The notes under the pieces: generated by a model
What the model was told of the DNA's origin: nothing
Databases searched by the model: none
The model's input: the letters and a program-made list of their open reading frames with translations, nothing else
Assembly: GCA_017481595.1 (NCBI GenBank)
Contig: JAFUOY010000014.1
Span: forward strand, 64,569 to 128,568
Origin: Clostridia bacterium
GTDB lineage: Bacteria; Bacillota; Clostridia; Oscillospirales; CAG-272
Reading direction: 5' to 3'
Length of the DNA stretch: 64,000 nt
Made by a program: the position numbers and the translations under genes
Shown: in pieces, positions 27,356 through 35,493 of the stretch
Numbering within the stretch: the first letter of the stretch is position 1
Layout of the letters: each line of letters starts with the position of its first letter

Positions 27356-27392
27356 ACACCGTCAAGGAAAGCTATCCTTGGCGGTGTTTTTG
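27356..27392 (+). terminator. Intrinsic terminator after rluB
   Basis: ACACCGTCAAGG...CCTTGGCGGTGT stem followed by TTTTT. Confidence 0.75.
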
Positions 27393-27425
27393 TATCCAAT
27401 AAAAAATTTTAGTTGACTTTTTCTA

Positions 27426-27454
27426 TTTACAAAAGTCAGAATCGGTGATATAAT
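27426..27454 (+). promoter_or_regulatory. Sigma-A-type promoter for the fucosidase gene
   Basis: TTTACA, 17-nt spacer, TGaTATAAT (extended -10). Confidence 0.5.
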
Positions 27455-27482
27455 CATTTCAGATTTTACTGTGAGGTGCAAT

Positions 27483-28508
27483 ATGGACGGAATTAAATGG
27501 TTTAAGGAAGCAAAATACGGTCTTATGCTGCATTTTGGCTTATACTCAGCTTTAGGAGGAGTTTACAAGGGTGAAAGATCCCACAATTATGCGGAGTGGA
27601 TACAATCTGCGCTTGCAATTCCCAATAGCGAAATGGAAAGAATTGCAAAAGCATTTAACCCTATATACTTTGACGCGGACGAGTGGGCTAAATTCGCGTA
27701 TGATTGCGGAATGAAATACGTTGTTATAACGACTAAGCATCACGACGGATTTGCGCTTTTCAAATCCTATGCCGACTCATATAACTGCGTTGATTTTTCT
27801 CCATTCAAAAGAGATATTATTGGGGAATTAAGCCGGGCTTGTAAGAAATACGGCTTAAAATTCGGCATTTACTATTCTCAGGACCTTGACTGGCATGAGA
27901 AAAACGGCGGCGGATATAAGACTGAGCCCGTAGGATGCGCAGGAGTAAGCTGGGACAACTCCTGGGACTTCCCCTGCAAGGAGGAAAAGGACTTTAATAT
28001 CACCTTTGAAAACAAGATAATACCCCAGATCACCGAAATTATGACAGGCTACGGTGAGATCGCTCTTGCCTGGTTTGATATGCCAATGACTCTGACTGCT
28101 GAGCAGAGCCAAAGAATATACGATCTTGTTAAAAAGCATCAGCCAAATTGCCTTGTAAACTCCCGCCTTGGAAACGGCAAATACGATTACGTTTCCTTGG
28201 GAGATAACGAAATACCCGACGATAAGAAAGCAACTGAGAAAACGGTTGATTTTAACTCTATTGAAGGCTTTAAGCCTTCTCCCTACGGCTTTTACGAGTC
28301 GGCTTGTACCTTGAATGATTCCTGGGGATATAACATCTGGGATCACAATTGGAAAAGCAGCGAGCAGATCTATAAAAACAAGAAAAAGCTGAACGGACTT
28401 GATATAAACTACCTTATCAATATCGGTCCCGACCATCTTGGCAGATTTCCCCTTGAGGCGCAGGAAATTTTAAAGGGTGTTAAGGCTCTTGAGGAAAAGG
28501 AAAAATAA
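27483..28508 (+). CDS. Alpha-L-fucosidase (GH29)
   Basis: KYGLMLHFGLYS, TKHHDGFALF and LAWFDMP motifs. ATG 27483 with GAGGTG upstream. Confidence 0.8.
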   Translation: MDGIKWFKEAKYGLMLHFGLYSALGGVYKGERSHNYAEWIQSALAIPNSEMERIAKAFNPIYFDADEWAKFAYDCGMKYVVITTKHHDGFALFKSYADSYNCVDFSPFKRDIIGELSRACKKYGLKFGIYYSQDLDWHEKNGGGYKTEPVGCAGVSWDNSWDFPCKEEKDFNITFENKIIPQITEIMTGYGEIALAWFDMPMTLTAEQSQRIYDLVKKHQPNCLVNSRLGNGKYDYVSLGDNEIPDDKKATEKTVDFNSIEGFKPSPYGFYESACTLNDSWGYNIWDHNWKSSEQIYKNKKKLNGLDINYLINIGPDHLGRFPLEAQEILKGVKALEEKEK

Positions 28509-28544
28509 TTCCTGCTTCTGAATTTATATAGTTATTAAAAAAAA

Positions 28545-28578
28545 GAGGATAGAGAACGCTTTCGTTCTCTATCCTCTG
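28545..28578. terminator. Bidirectional hairpin terminator
   Basis: AGAGGATAGAGAACG...CGTTCTCTATCCTCT (15-bp arms) between convergent genes, A/T-flanked. Confidence 0.75.
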
Positions 28579-28587
28579 TCTTATTTA

Positions 28588-29514
28588 TTATTTCTTTGTG
28601 GATTCAACAACGGAGTTTACAAGTCCTACAACGCCCTGAAGGTCGCTGGGAACTATTATCTTTGTTGCCTGACCGTCAGCAGCCTTTTCGTAGGCTTCAA
28701 GCTTCTTAAGGAGCAAATATGCTTCCTCGGGCTTAGCCTCGTTAATAAGTCTGATGGACTCAGCCTGAGCTGTGTTGATCTTAAGAATAGCCTCGGCCTC
28801 AGCCTCTGCCTTCTTGATTCTTGCTTCCTTTTCAGCCTCTGCCTGAAGAATAGCAGCCTGCTTTGCAGCCTCAGCCTCAAGGATCTGGCTTTCCTTCTTA
28901 CCCTCTGCAACGAGGATGCTGGAGGATTTTTCACCCTCTGCGCGAAGGATAGCTTCACGTCTCTGACGCTCTGCCTTCATCTGCTTTTCCATTGCGTCCT
29001 GAATTTCTGCCGGAGGCTTAATATTCTTAAGCTCTACTCTGTTTATCTTGATACCCCAAGGATCTGTCGCTTCATCAAGAATGGAGCGGATCTTTGCGTT
29101 GATGGTATCTCTTGACGTAAGAGTGTGGTCAAGCTCGAGATCACCAATGATGTTACGAAGAGTTGTCGCTGTAAGATTTTCAATAGCTGTAATGGGGTTT
29201 TCAACACCGTATGCATAAAGCTTAGGGTCTGTGATCTGGAAGAACACAACCGTGTCTATCTGCATGGTTACGTTATCTCTTGTAATAACGGGCTGAGGAG
29301 GAAAATCCGCAACCTGCTCTTTTAATGAAACCTGCTTTGAGATCTTATAGAAAACGGGCCACAAAATATGTATGCCTGTTTCCCACGTTTCCTTGTATGC
29401 GCCGAGTCTTTCAATAACGTAGGCCTTAGACTGAGGAACGATCTTGACGCTTGCGATAACAACGATAACCGCAACTGCTAAAATAATACCTAATGCAATA
29501 AATAATCCTGGCAT
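28588..29514 (-). CDS. SPFH/band-7 (stomatin-like) protein
   Basis: N-terminal TM, then the SPFH core (IVPQSKAYVIERLGAY...TRDNV...VFFQITDP), then an Ala/Glu-rich coiled coil. Confidence 0.85.
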   Translation of the reverse strand: MPGLFIALGIILAVAVIVVIASVKIVPQSKAYVIERLGAYKETWETGIHILWPVFYKISKQVSLKEQVADFPPQPVITRDNVTMQIDTVVFFQITDPKLYAYGVENPITAIENLTATTLRNIIGDLELDHTLTSRDTINAKIRSILDEATDPWGIKINRVELKNIKPPAEIQDAMEKQMKAERQRREAILRAEGEKSSSILVAEGKKESQILEAEAAKQAAILQAEAEKEARIKKAEAEAEAILKINTAQAESIRLINEAKPEEAYLLLKKLEAYEKAADGQATKIIVPSDLQGVVGLVNSVVESTKK

Positions 29515-29516
29515 AA

Positions 29517-29966
29517 TTATTCTCCTTTTCTAACTACGATGGCTTTGTTACCATCTATTTTTTTAAATAATACGACTGCATCCTTTTCAATGATCTCATT
29601 ATTTTCCGAACGTGCCGTCCATACAAGACCATTGATCTTAACCGCACCTGTAGCGTTTACGTTGTCGATCTCCTCTACTACGATGGCTGTTTTATCGTAA
29701 TACAGCTCCAAATTGGTAGCCTGCTCCTTAGATCTCGCAAGGAATTTTTTTACAAATCTTCTTGTAAGAACAAGCATAATAGCAGAGAAAACTATGAACA
29801 TAAGTATCTGCCACGGGATAGGAATTTTAGGAAAGATAGCTACAACCACCGTGGTAAGCAACGCGCCGATCGATAACCAGATCGACACAAGATCCGTAGT
29901 ACACATTTCAAGAATGAAAAGCGCCACGGCTGCGGATAGCCATATCCATACCATATAATCCATCAA
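29517..29966 (-). CDS. NfeD-family membrane protein
   Basis: Three or more TM segments plus a C-terminal OB-like domain (GAVKINGLVWTARS). Canonical partner directly upstream of an SPFH gene. Confidence 0.8.
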   Translation of the reverse strand: MMDYMVWIWLSAAVALFILEMCTTDLVSIWLSIGALLTTVVVAIFPKIPIPWQILMFIVFSAIMLVLTRRFVKKFLARSKEQATNLELYYDKTAIVVEEIDNVNATGAVKINGLVWTARSENNEIIEKDAVVLFKKIDGNKAIVVRKGE

Positions 29967-29974
29967 TGCACCTC

Positions 29975-31273
29975 CTATATAGTTTCATTTTTATTTTGAA
30001 CATTAAATTGCTGCACATATTTTGCGACCTCTGAGTACATATAGAGGGATCCTACGCATAAAACGCTCGACCCTGTGTCGATGGCATTCTGCATAGCCGC
30101 AAATACGGCATCCTTTACAGTTTCATAATGACTTGATTTTACACCCATATCATTATAGAGCTTTGCATACTCTTTTGAGGGCAATGCCCTTGGATTGTCG
30201 GGTGTGACACAAAATACCTCTTTTGCAACAGAGCCTATCTGTCCGCTTATATATCCTGTATCCTTATCCGCCATTACTCCGCTGATAATATTTAATTTTT
30301 CATCCTTAAAGTATCTTTTTACACTGTTTATAGCGCTTCTTACCCCTTCGGGATTATGTCCGCCGTCGGCAATAACCAAGGGAGACTTTGAAATTATCTC
30401 AAACCTTGCGTGCCATACTACCTTTTTAAGTCCATTGCGGATATGCTCTTCCTTAATATCAACGCCCAAGTGACGAAGAATATCTATTGCCGCAAGGACG
30501 TTTGAAGCATTGAAGGGCTGATACTCTCCAAGTAAGGGAATAAATACGTTTTTGTATTTTCCGTAGTCAAATTCCGTACCGTCAAGCTCAAAGCGGTTGA
30601 TACGTGTCAGGGTGTGATCTACACTGTAGAAGGGTGAATTACACTCCTCTGCTCTTTTCGATATTACTCTGTAAGCATCCTCGTTTTCACCGCACCACAG
30701 ACACGGGGTCCCACTTTTTATGATTCCCGCCTTTTCAAAGGCTATCTTTTCAATAGTGTCACCAAGGATAGCGGTATGGTCAAAATCAATGCCTGTAATA
30801 ACGGAAAGAACTGACGTATCAATTATATTGGTGGAGTCAAGTCTGCCGCCAAGTCCGCATTCAAGCACTACGTAATCGCAATTGTTTCTTGCAAAATACT
30901 CAAAGGCTATGGCTGTGATAAGCTCAAACTCAGTTGGCTTTTCTTCCATTTCGTCGGCGATGGGACGAACAAGCTCTGTAAGATACGCAAGCTCATCATC
31001 TGAGATCATATCCCCGTTTATTGCCATTCTTTCATTAAAGACCTTTATGTACGGGGATGTAAAAAGTCCCGTTTTATATCCAGCCTCACTAAGAACGGAA
31101 GAAAGCATAGCGCAGAATGAGCCCTTTCCGTTTGTGCCTGCAACGTGAATGAATTTAAGCTTTTTCTGAGGATCGCCAAGCTTACTGCAAAGCCTTTCTA
31201 TCCTTTCAAGCCCAGGATTGCAAAAGCACCAATTTATTTTATGAATGTATTCAAGAGCTTCCTTATAATTCAT
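29975..31273 (-). CDS. folC: Folylpolyglutamate synthase / dihydrofolate synthase
   Basis: P-loop HVAGTNGKGS and Mur-ligase middle and C-terminal domains. ATGA overlap with folT. Confidence 0.9.
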   Translation of the reverse strand: MNYKEALEYIHKINWCFCNPGLERIERLCSKLGDPQKKLKFIHVAGTNGKGSFCAMLSSVLSEAGYKTGLFTSPYIKVFNERMAINGDMISDDELAYLTELVRPIADEMEEKPTEFELITAIAFEYFARNNCDYVVLECGLGGRLDSTNIIDTSVLSVITGIDFDHTAILGDTIEKIAFEKAGIIKSGTPCLWCGENEDAYRVISKRAEECNSPFYSVDHTLTRINRFELDGTEFDYGKYKNVFIPLLGEYQPFNASNVLAAIDILRHLGVDIKEEHIRNGLKKVVWHARFEIISKSPLVIADGGHNPEGVRSAINSVKRYFKDEKLNIISGVMADKDTGYISGQIGSVAKEVFCVTPDNPRALPSKEYAKLYNDMGVKSSHYETVKDAVFAAMQNAIDTGSSVLCVGSLYMYSEVAKYVQQFNVQNKNETI

Positions 31274-31839
31274 TTCTGCCCCCTGTTTTGCTTTATTCTT
31301 TCAAGCTGACCGACAACGGATCTGCTTTTTAACAAATGATGGATAATAATTATCTCAAGGGCGCCTATTATAAGGTAATTAAGCGCTCTCCACAGTAATA
31401 ATATTTCAAAGGGCATTTCATAAAATTTTGCAAGTCCGAAGGTCTTTACAATAACCGAGCCCACAAGATGGGCGGATAAAACTGCCAAAACGGTTTTTAC
31501 CTTACCCGATGCTTTACCGAAAAGACGGTAGACAGCGCCGCTTATAAGCCCTATACAAAACGCGCCGATTGTTACAATGGGATTTATTTCATATCCCACT
31601 ATAAGGCAACCGATAAGATCGGCAACCACGGCGGTAACGCCGCCGATAAGGGGACCGAATGCAACCGAAGCAAGAATTATCGGCATATTTTCGAGGCTGA
31701 AGCGAAGCACCGTGCCTATATTAAAGGCAAGCAGCTTACCGCATACAATACTGATAGCCACCAAGAGCGCGCAGCATACCATAACCTTAAGATTGCCAAA
31801 AAGAATCAACTCGTTTTTGAAATTTCTATTATTTTTCAC
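31270..31839 (-). CDS. folT: Folate-family ECF transporter S component
   Basis: 189-aa 6-TM protein (LRFSLENMPIILASVAFGPLIGG). GTG start with GGAGG 9 nt upstream. Preceded by a THF riboswitch and followed by folC. Confidence 0.75.
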   Translation of the reverse strand: MKNNRNFKNELILFGNLKVMVCCALLVAISIVCGKLLAFNIGTVLRFSLENMPIILASVAFGPLIGGVTAVVADLIGCLIVGYEINPIVTIGAFCIGLISGAVYRLFGKASGKVKTVLAVLSAHLVGSVIVKTFGLAKFYEMPFEILLLWRALNYLIIGALEIIIIHHLLKSRSVVGQLERIKQNRGQK

Positions 31840-31848
31840 CCTGATATA

Positions 31849-31947
31849 CCTCCAGCGGGATGCAACACACGTACCGCAACATAGGTTTTCGTTCGATGGA
31901 CAACTCCCCGTTCCCCCGACACTTAACGCACGTGTATTTACTCTGTT
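31849..31947 (-). promoter_or_regulatory. THF (tetrahydrofolate) riboswitch
   Basis: The reverse complement reads CAGAGUAAAUACACGUGCGUUAAGUGUCGGGGGAACGGGGAGUUGUCCAUCGAACGAAAACCUAUGUUGCGGUACGUGUGUUGCAUCCCGCUGGAGG. It shares GAGUA..GCGUUAAGUGU, GGGAGUUG, CGAACGA, GCGGU and UUGCAUCCCGCU blocks with the THF-I consensus and crystallised sequence as I recall them. Confidence 0.85.
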
Positions 31948-31957
31948 TTATACGTAT

Positions 31958-31986
31958 ATATTAACACAGTCTATGGGTTTTTGCAA
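31958..31986 (-). promoter_or_regulatory. Sigma-A-type promoter for the THF riboswitch-folT-folC transcript
   Basis: TTGCAA, 17-nt spacer, TGtTAATAT on the minus strand. It sits about 10 nt upstream of the riboswitch 5' end. Confidence 0.55.
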
Positions 31987-32018
31987 TAGATTTGATTTCA
32001 TTTTTTACATTTTCCTTA

Positions 32019-32047
32019 TTGACATTCCTTATTTTTTAATATATAAT
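32019..32047 (+). promoter_or_regulatory. Sigma-A-type promoter for the 32108 transporter gene
   Basis: TTGACA, 17-nt spacer, TATAAT (both hexamers consensus). Confidence 0.6.
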
Positions 32048-32107
32048 ATCAACATCAAATCAAGAACCTGTATTTATTTGAAATCAAACTTAAAAAAGGA
32101 TTAAAAT

Positions 32108-32956
32108 ATGACTGAAATATTGCATGAATTATTACATGCTTTAATAGAAACATTAAAAACCGTTCCTTTTCTTTTTTTGGCTTATCTTCTTATGGAGTTT
32201 ATTGAGCATAAGGCGTCCTCCAAAATGGAAGCTTCTTTAAAGAAAATCGGTAACGCGGGTCCCGCCATTGGCTCTGCCCTTGGATGTATTCCACAATGCG
32301 GCTTCTCTGCCTCTGCATCGAATCTTTACACCGCGGGACTTATAACCGAGGGTACGCTTATTGCCGTATTCCTTTCCACCTCTGACGAGGCATTACCCAT
32401 CCTTATTTCAAACGCAAGCGGACATAGCTCCATATGGAAGCTTATTCTTTGTAAGGTGATGATCGGTATCGTCGCAGGATTTGCCATCGATATAATATTC
32501 AAGCTTGCAAAAATACGCAAGACTCCCATCGATATGTGTAGTGACTGCGGATGTGACGAGGAGGAAGGAATTTTAAAGCCCTCTCTTAAGCACACCCTTA
32601 AAATATCCGTATTTATTCTTATAATAAACGTGCTTCTCGGACTTGCCATACATTTTCTCGGTGAGGACAAGCTTAGCTCCTTGCTTTTGAGCGACAGCCT
32701 TTTCCAGCCCTTTATAACCGCGCTTATAGGACTTGTGCCTAACTGCGCAATTTCCGTTATGCTTACTAACCTTTATATTGAAGGCGCCATCTCCTTTGGC
32801 TCTGCGGTAGCGGGACTTTGCTCCGGGGCGGGAATCGGACTTACGGTACTTATAAAAAGTAATAAGTGTAAAAAGGAAAATATACGCATAATTGCCGTAT
32901 TATACGGAATTTCTGCAATTTTCGGCTTTGTGCTTATGCTTCTCGGTATTAACTAA
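32108..32956 (+). CDS. ArsP_2 / putative manganese (heavy-metal) transporter family membrane protein
   Basis: About 10 TM segments. GCIPQCGFSASASNLY and STSDEALPIL motifs, and a Cys-rich cytoplasmic loop CSDCGCDEEEG. Family recalled from memory; substrate unknown. Confidence 0.55.
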   Translation: MTEILHELLHALIETLKTVPFLFLAYLLMEFIEHKASSKMEASLKKIGNAGPAIGSALGCIPQCGFSASASNLYTAGLITEGTLIAVFLSTSDEALPILISNASGHSSIWKLILCKVMIGIVAGFAIDIIFKLAKIRKTPIDMCSDCGCDEEEGILKPSLKHTLKISVFILIINVLLGLAIHFLGEDKLSSLLLSDSLFQPFITALIGLVPNCAISVMLTNLYIEGAISFGSAVAGLCSGAGIGLTVLIKSNKCKKENIRIIAVLYGISAIFGFVLMLLGIN

Positions 32957-33094
32957 TAGAATTCATTTTTCATAGACTTCTCCTTTATGGATGCTTTGTA
33001 AATATATTATACATCCAAACCGGAAAGAGAAAAATAACAGAAAATGCAAAATAATACCCTCTATTTTAACATAAAATGCAAAATAAACCATTAA

Positions 33095-33130
33095 GGGACG
33101 GTTTTTTATACTCCGTCCCCTTTTATTTTT
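33095..33130 (+). terminator. Intrinsic terminator after the transporter gene
   Basis: GGGACGG-loop-CCGTCCC followed by CTTTTATTTTT. Confidence 0.65.
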
Positions 33131-33140
33131 ATATTTTTAC

Positions 33141-33169
33141 TTGACTTTCTTATTTTACAATGTTATAAT
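33141..33169 (+). promoter_or_regulatory. Sigma-A-type promoter for the thrS leader
   Basis: TTGACT, 17-nt spacer, TGtTATAAT (extended -10). Confidence 0.65.
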
Positions 33170-33177
33170 ATCCCCAT

Positions 33178-33395
33178 AAAGCGTTGAAGGAAAGAGTAAT
33201 TTTCGGTTATTTTCAGAGAGGCGGATATTTGGTGCGAATCCGTTATTACCCGTTAATGAAGACCACTCCCGAGCTGTAGGCGGTTACAAGCCTTACCGTA
33301 TGCCTGCGTTAAAGGTATTTGAGTTAAACTTAAGGTGGAACCGTGCTATGCACCCTTAACAGGCGTTTTGCTTGTTAGGGCTTTTTTATTTTGTA
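33178..33395 (+). promoter_or_regulatory. T-box leader, threonine specifier (ACC)
   Basis: Stem I elements AGAGUA, AGAGAG and GGUGCGAAUCC. Specifier loop GAAG-ACC-A with the codon at 33262..33264. T-box sequence AAGGUGGAACCGUGC at about 33331. Terminator CCCUUAACAGGC...GCUUGUUAGGG plus a U-run at 33351..33393. Confidence 0.85.
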
Positions 33396-33426
33396 AAATT
33401 TATGTTATATAAAGGAGAACTTTAAA

Positions 33427-35193
33427 ATGAAGATCATTTTGAATGACGGAACAGTCAGAGAATGTGAAAGTAAGGAAGAAGAGCTTCACGTCCTTCGTCA
33501 CTCTGCTGCACACATTATGGCTCAGGCTATCAGAAGACTTTTCCCCGAGGCTATTTTTGCTTACGGCCCCGCAACGGAAAAGGGCTTCTACTACGACGTT
33601 GACCTTGGCGACAAGAAGCTTACTGATGAGGATCTTGCCGCTATTGAAAAGGAAATGCGTAAGATCGTAAAGGAAAACCTTCCCATTAAGCCTTACATTC
33701 TTCCACGTGAGGAGGCTGTTAAGCTTATGGAAAGCCGCGGCGAGAAATATAAGGTTGAGCATATCGGTGACCTTGCAGAGGACGCTATAATCAGCTTCTA
33801 TCAGCAGGGCGACTACATTGATATGTGTGTTGGACCTCACCTTTGCTACACAAAGGCGCTTAAGGCGTTCAAGATCACACAGCAGTCCGGCGCATACTGG
33901 AAGAACGATAAGAACAACAAGATGCTTACAAGAATCAACGGCGTTGCATTCGCTTCTCAGGAGGAGCTTGATGCATATAACAAGCTTATGGAGGAGGCTG
34001 AAAGACGCGACCACCGTAAGATCGGTAAGGAAATGAACCTCTTTATGCTTTGCGAGGAGGGACCCGGATTCCCCTTCTTCCTTCCCAAGGGTATGGCGCT
34101 TAAGAATACTCTTATCGACTATTGGAGAGAGATCCATACAAGAGATAACTACGTTGAGGTACAGACTCCCCTTATTATGAACCGTAAGCTTTGGGAAACA
34201 AGCGGTCACTGGGATCACTATAAGGACAATATGTACTCCACCCTTATTGATGAGGAAACATACTGCATCAAGCCTATGAACTGTCCCGGCGGAGTTATGG
34301 TATACCGCAGCAAGCCCCACTCCTACCGTGAGCTTCCTATGAGAGTTGGCGAGCTTGGTATGGTACACCGTCACGAGCTTAAGGGCGCGCTTCACGGTCT
34401 TTTCCGTGTTCGTTGCTTTACTCAGGACGACGCCCACATCTTTATGCGCCGTGAGCAGATCACAAGTGAGATTATGGGTGTTGTTCACCTTATCAACGAG
34501 GTATATACAAAGTTTGGCTTCAAGTACTTTATCGAGCTTTCCACACGTCCCGAAAACTCTATGGGTAGTGACGAGGACTGGGAGGCAGCAACAAACGGCC
34601 TTAAGAACGCACTTGAGGCGCTTGGTCTTGACTATATCATAAACGAGGGTGACGGCGCATTCTACGGTCCTAAGATCGACTTCCATCTTGAGGACAGCAT
34701 TGGCAGAACATGGCAGTGCGGAACTATCCAGCTTGACTTCCAGATGCCCCTTAATTTCGGTCTTGAATACACAGACGAAAACAACGAAAAGCAGCGTCCC
34801 ATTATGATCCACCGCGTATGCTTTGGCTCTATCGAGCGCTTTATCGGTATCCTTACAGAGCATTTTGCAGGTAAGTTCCCCGTATGGCTTGCTCCCGTTC
34901 AGGCTAAGGTGCTTCTCGTTTCTGAAAAGAGCGCGGAAATGGCAGACAGAGTTTACTCTGCTCTTCGTGAAAACGGTATCCGTTGCGAGCTTGATAACAG
35001 AAATGAAAAGATCGGCTATATGATTCGTGAGGCGCAGATGGTTGACCGTGTTCCTTACATGGTTATCATCGGTCAGAAGGAGGTAGAAACAAATACAGTT
35101 TCTATCCGTTACCGCGATACTGCTCAGACCGAGACAATGACAGTTGAAGCATTTATCGAAAAGATAGTACGCGAAACAAAGGAAAGACTTTAA
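33427..35193 (+). CDS. thrS: Threonine--tRNA ligase (short form, TGS domain largely missing)
   Basis: 588 aa. Editing-domain HSAAHIMAQA and class II motifs (FRVRCFTQDDAHIF, GAFYGPKIDF, HRVCFGSIERF). AGGAGAA lies upstream. Confidence 0.95.
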   Translation: MKIILNDGTVRECESKEEELHVLRHSAAHIMAQAIRRLFPEAIFAYGPATEKGFYYDVDLGDKKLTDEDLAAIEKEMRKIVKENLPIKPYILPREEAVKLMESRGEKYKVEHIGDLAEDAIISFYQQGDYIDMCVGPHLCYTKALKAFKITQQSGAYWKNDKNNKMLTRINGVAFASQEELDAYNKLMEEAERRDHRKIGKEMNLFMLCEEGPGFPFFLPKGMALKNTLIDYWREIHTRDNYVEVQTPLIMNRKLWETSGHWDHYKDNMYSTLIDEETYCIKPMNCPGGVMVYRSKPHSYRELPMRVGELGMVHRHELKGALHGLFRVRCFTQDDAHIFMRREQITSEIMGVVHLINEVYTKFGFKYFIELSTRPENSMGSDEDWEAATNGLKNALEALGLDYIINEGDGAFYGPKIDFHLEDSIGRTWQCGTIQLDFQMPLNFGLEYTDENNEKQRPIMIHRVCFGSIERFIGILTEHFAGKFPVWLAPVQAKVLLVSEKSAEMADRVYSALRENGIRCELDNRNEKIGYMIREAQMVDRVPYMVIIGQKEVETNTVSIRYRDTAQTETMTVEAFIEKIVRETKERL

Positions 35194-35212
35194 TTTATAG
35201 CTAATACAAATA

Positions 35213-35250
35213 AAAATCGGCAGAGAAAATTCATACTCTGCCGATTTTGT
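35213..35250 (+). terminator. Terminator after thrS
   Basis: AATCGGCAGAG...CTCTGCCGATT stem followed by TTGTT. Confidence 0.65.
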
Positions 35251-35433
35251 TAAGATTTTAACAATAAACCCACTCTACCTATAAACAGGCACTTAATGCG
35301 ATGCATAGAGGAACAACTCGATACTTAAAGTGTCCCAAATGCGGAAAGCGCACCTGGTGCAAAAAGGTGATCAAAAAATAACACGTTTTTTCAATATAAA
35401 ACTTTTTAAGATATATTAAGACAAATTTAAAAC

Positions 35434-35487
35434 GGGGTGCTGATTAGCGTGATACCCTTAACGGAGTATCACGCTAATCAGCACCCC
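35434..35487. terminator. Very long perfect hairpin (22-bp stem), probable bidirectional terminator
   Basis: GGGGTGCTGATTAGCGTGATAC, 10-nt loop, GTATCACGCTAATCAGCACCCC, then TATTTTTT on the + strand. It lies 7 nt beyond the lysA stop on the - strand. Confidence 0.7.
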
Positions 35488-35493
35488 TATTTT

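Noticed and set aside
28656-28958. 100-aa Arg/Leu/Ser-rich ORF in an alternative frame of the SPFH gene.
   Set aside because: It is produced by the repetitive GCx/GAG coding of the Ala/Glu coiled coil. The composition is low-complexity and there is no start context.
32048-32107. Possible yybP-ykoY (Mn) riboswitch ahead of the putative metal transporter, and a fluoride riboswitch ahead of the ClC gene (52204..52260).
   Set aside because: The leaders are only ~60 nt and ~30 nt, are AT-rich, and lack the conserved cores of those classes as far as I can see.
33400-34863. 487-aa ORF on the minus strand, antisense to thrS.
   Set aside because: It lies entirely inside the well-supported thrS gene. 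It has no SD, its composition is a Leu/Val/Cys/Lys-rich shadow of the thrS codons, and it shows no recognisable motifs. It is a typical antisense open frame in a codon-biased gene.
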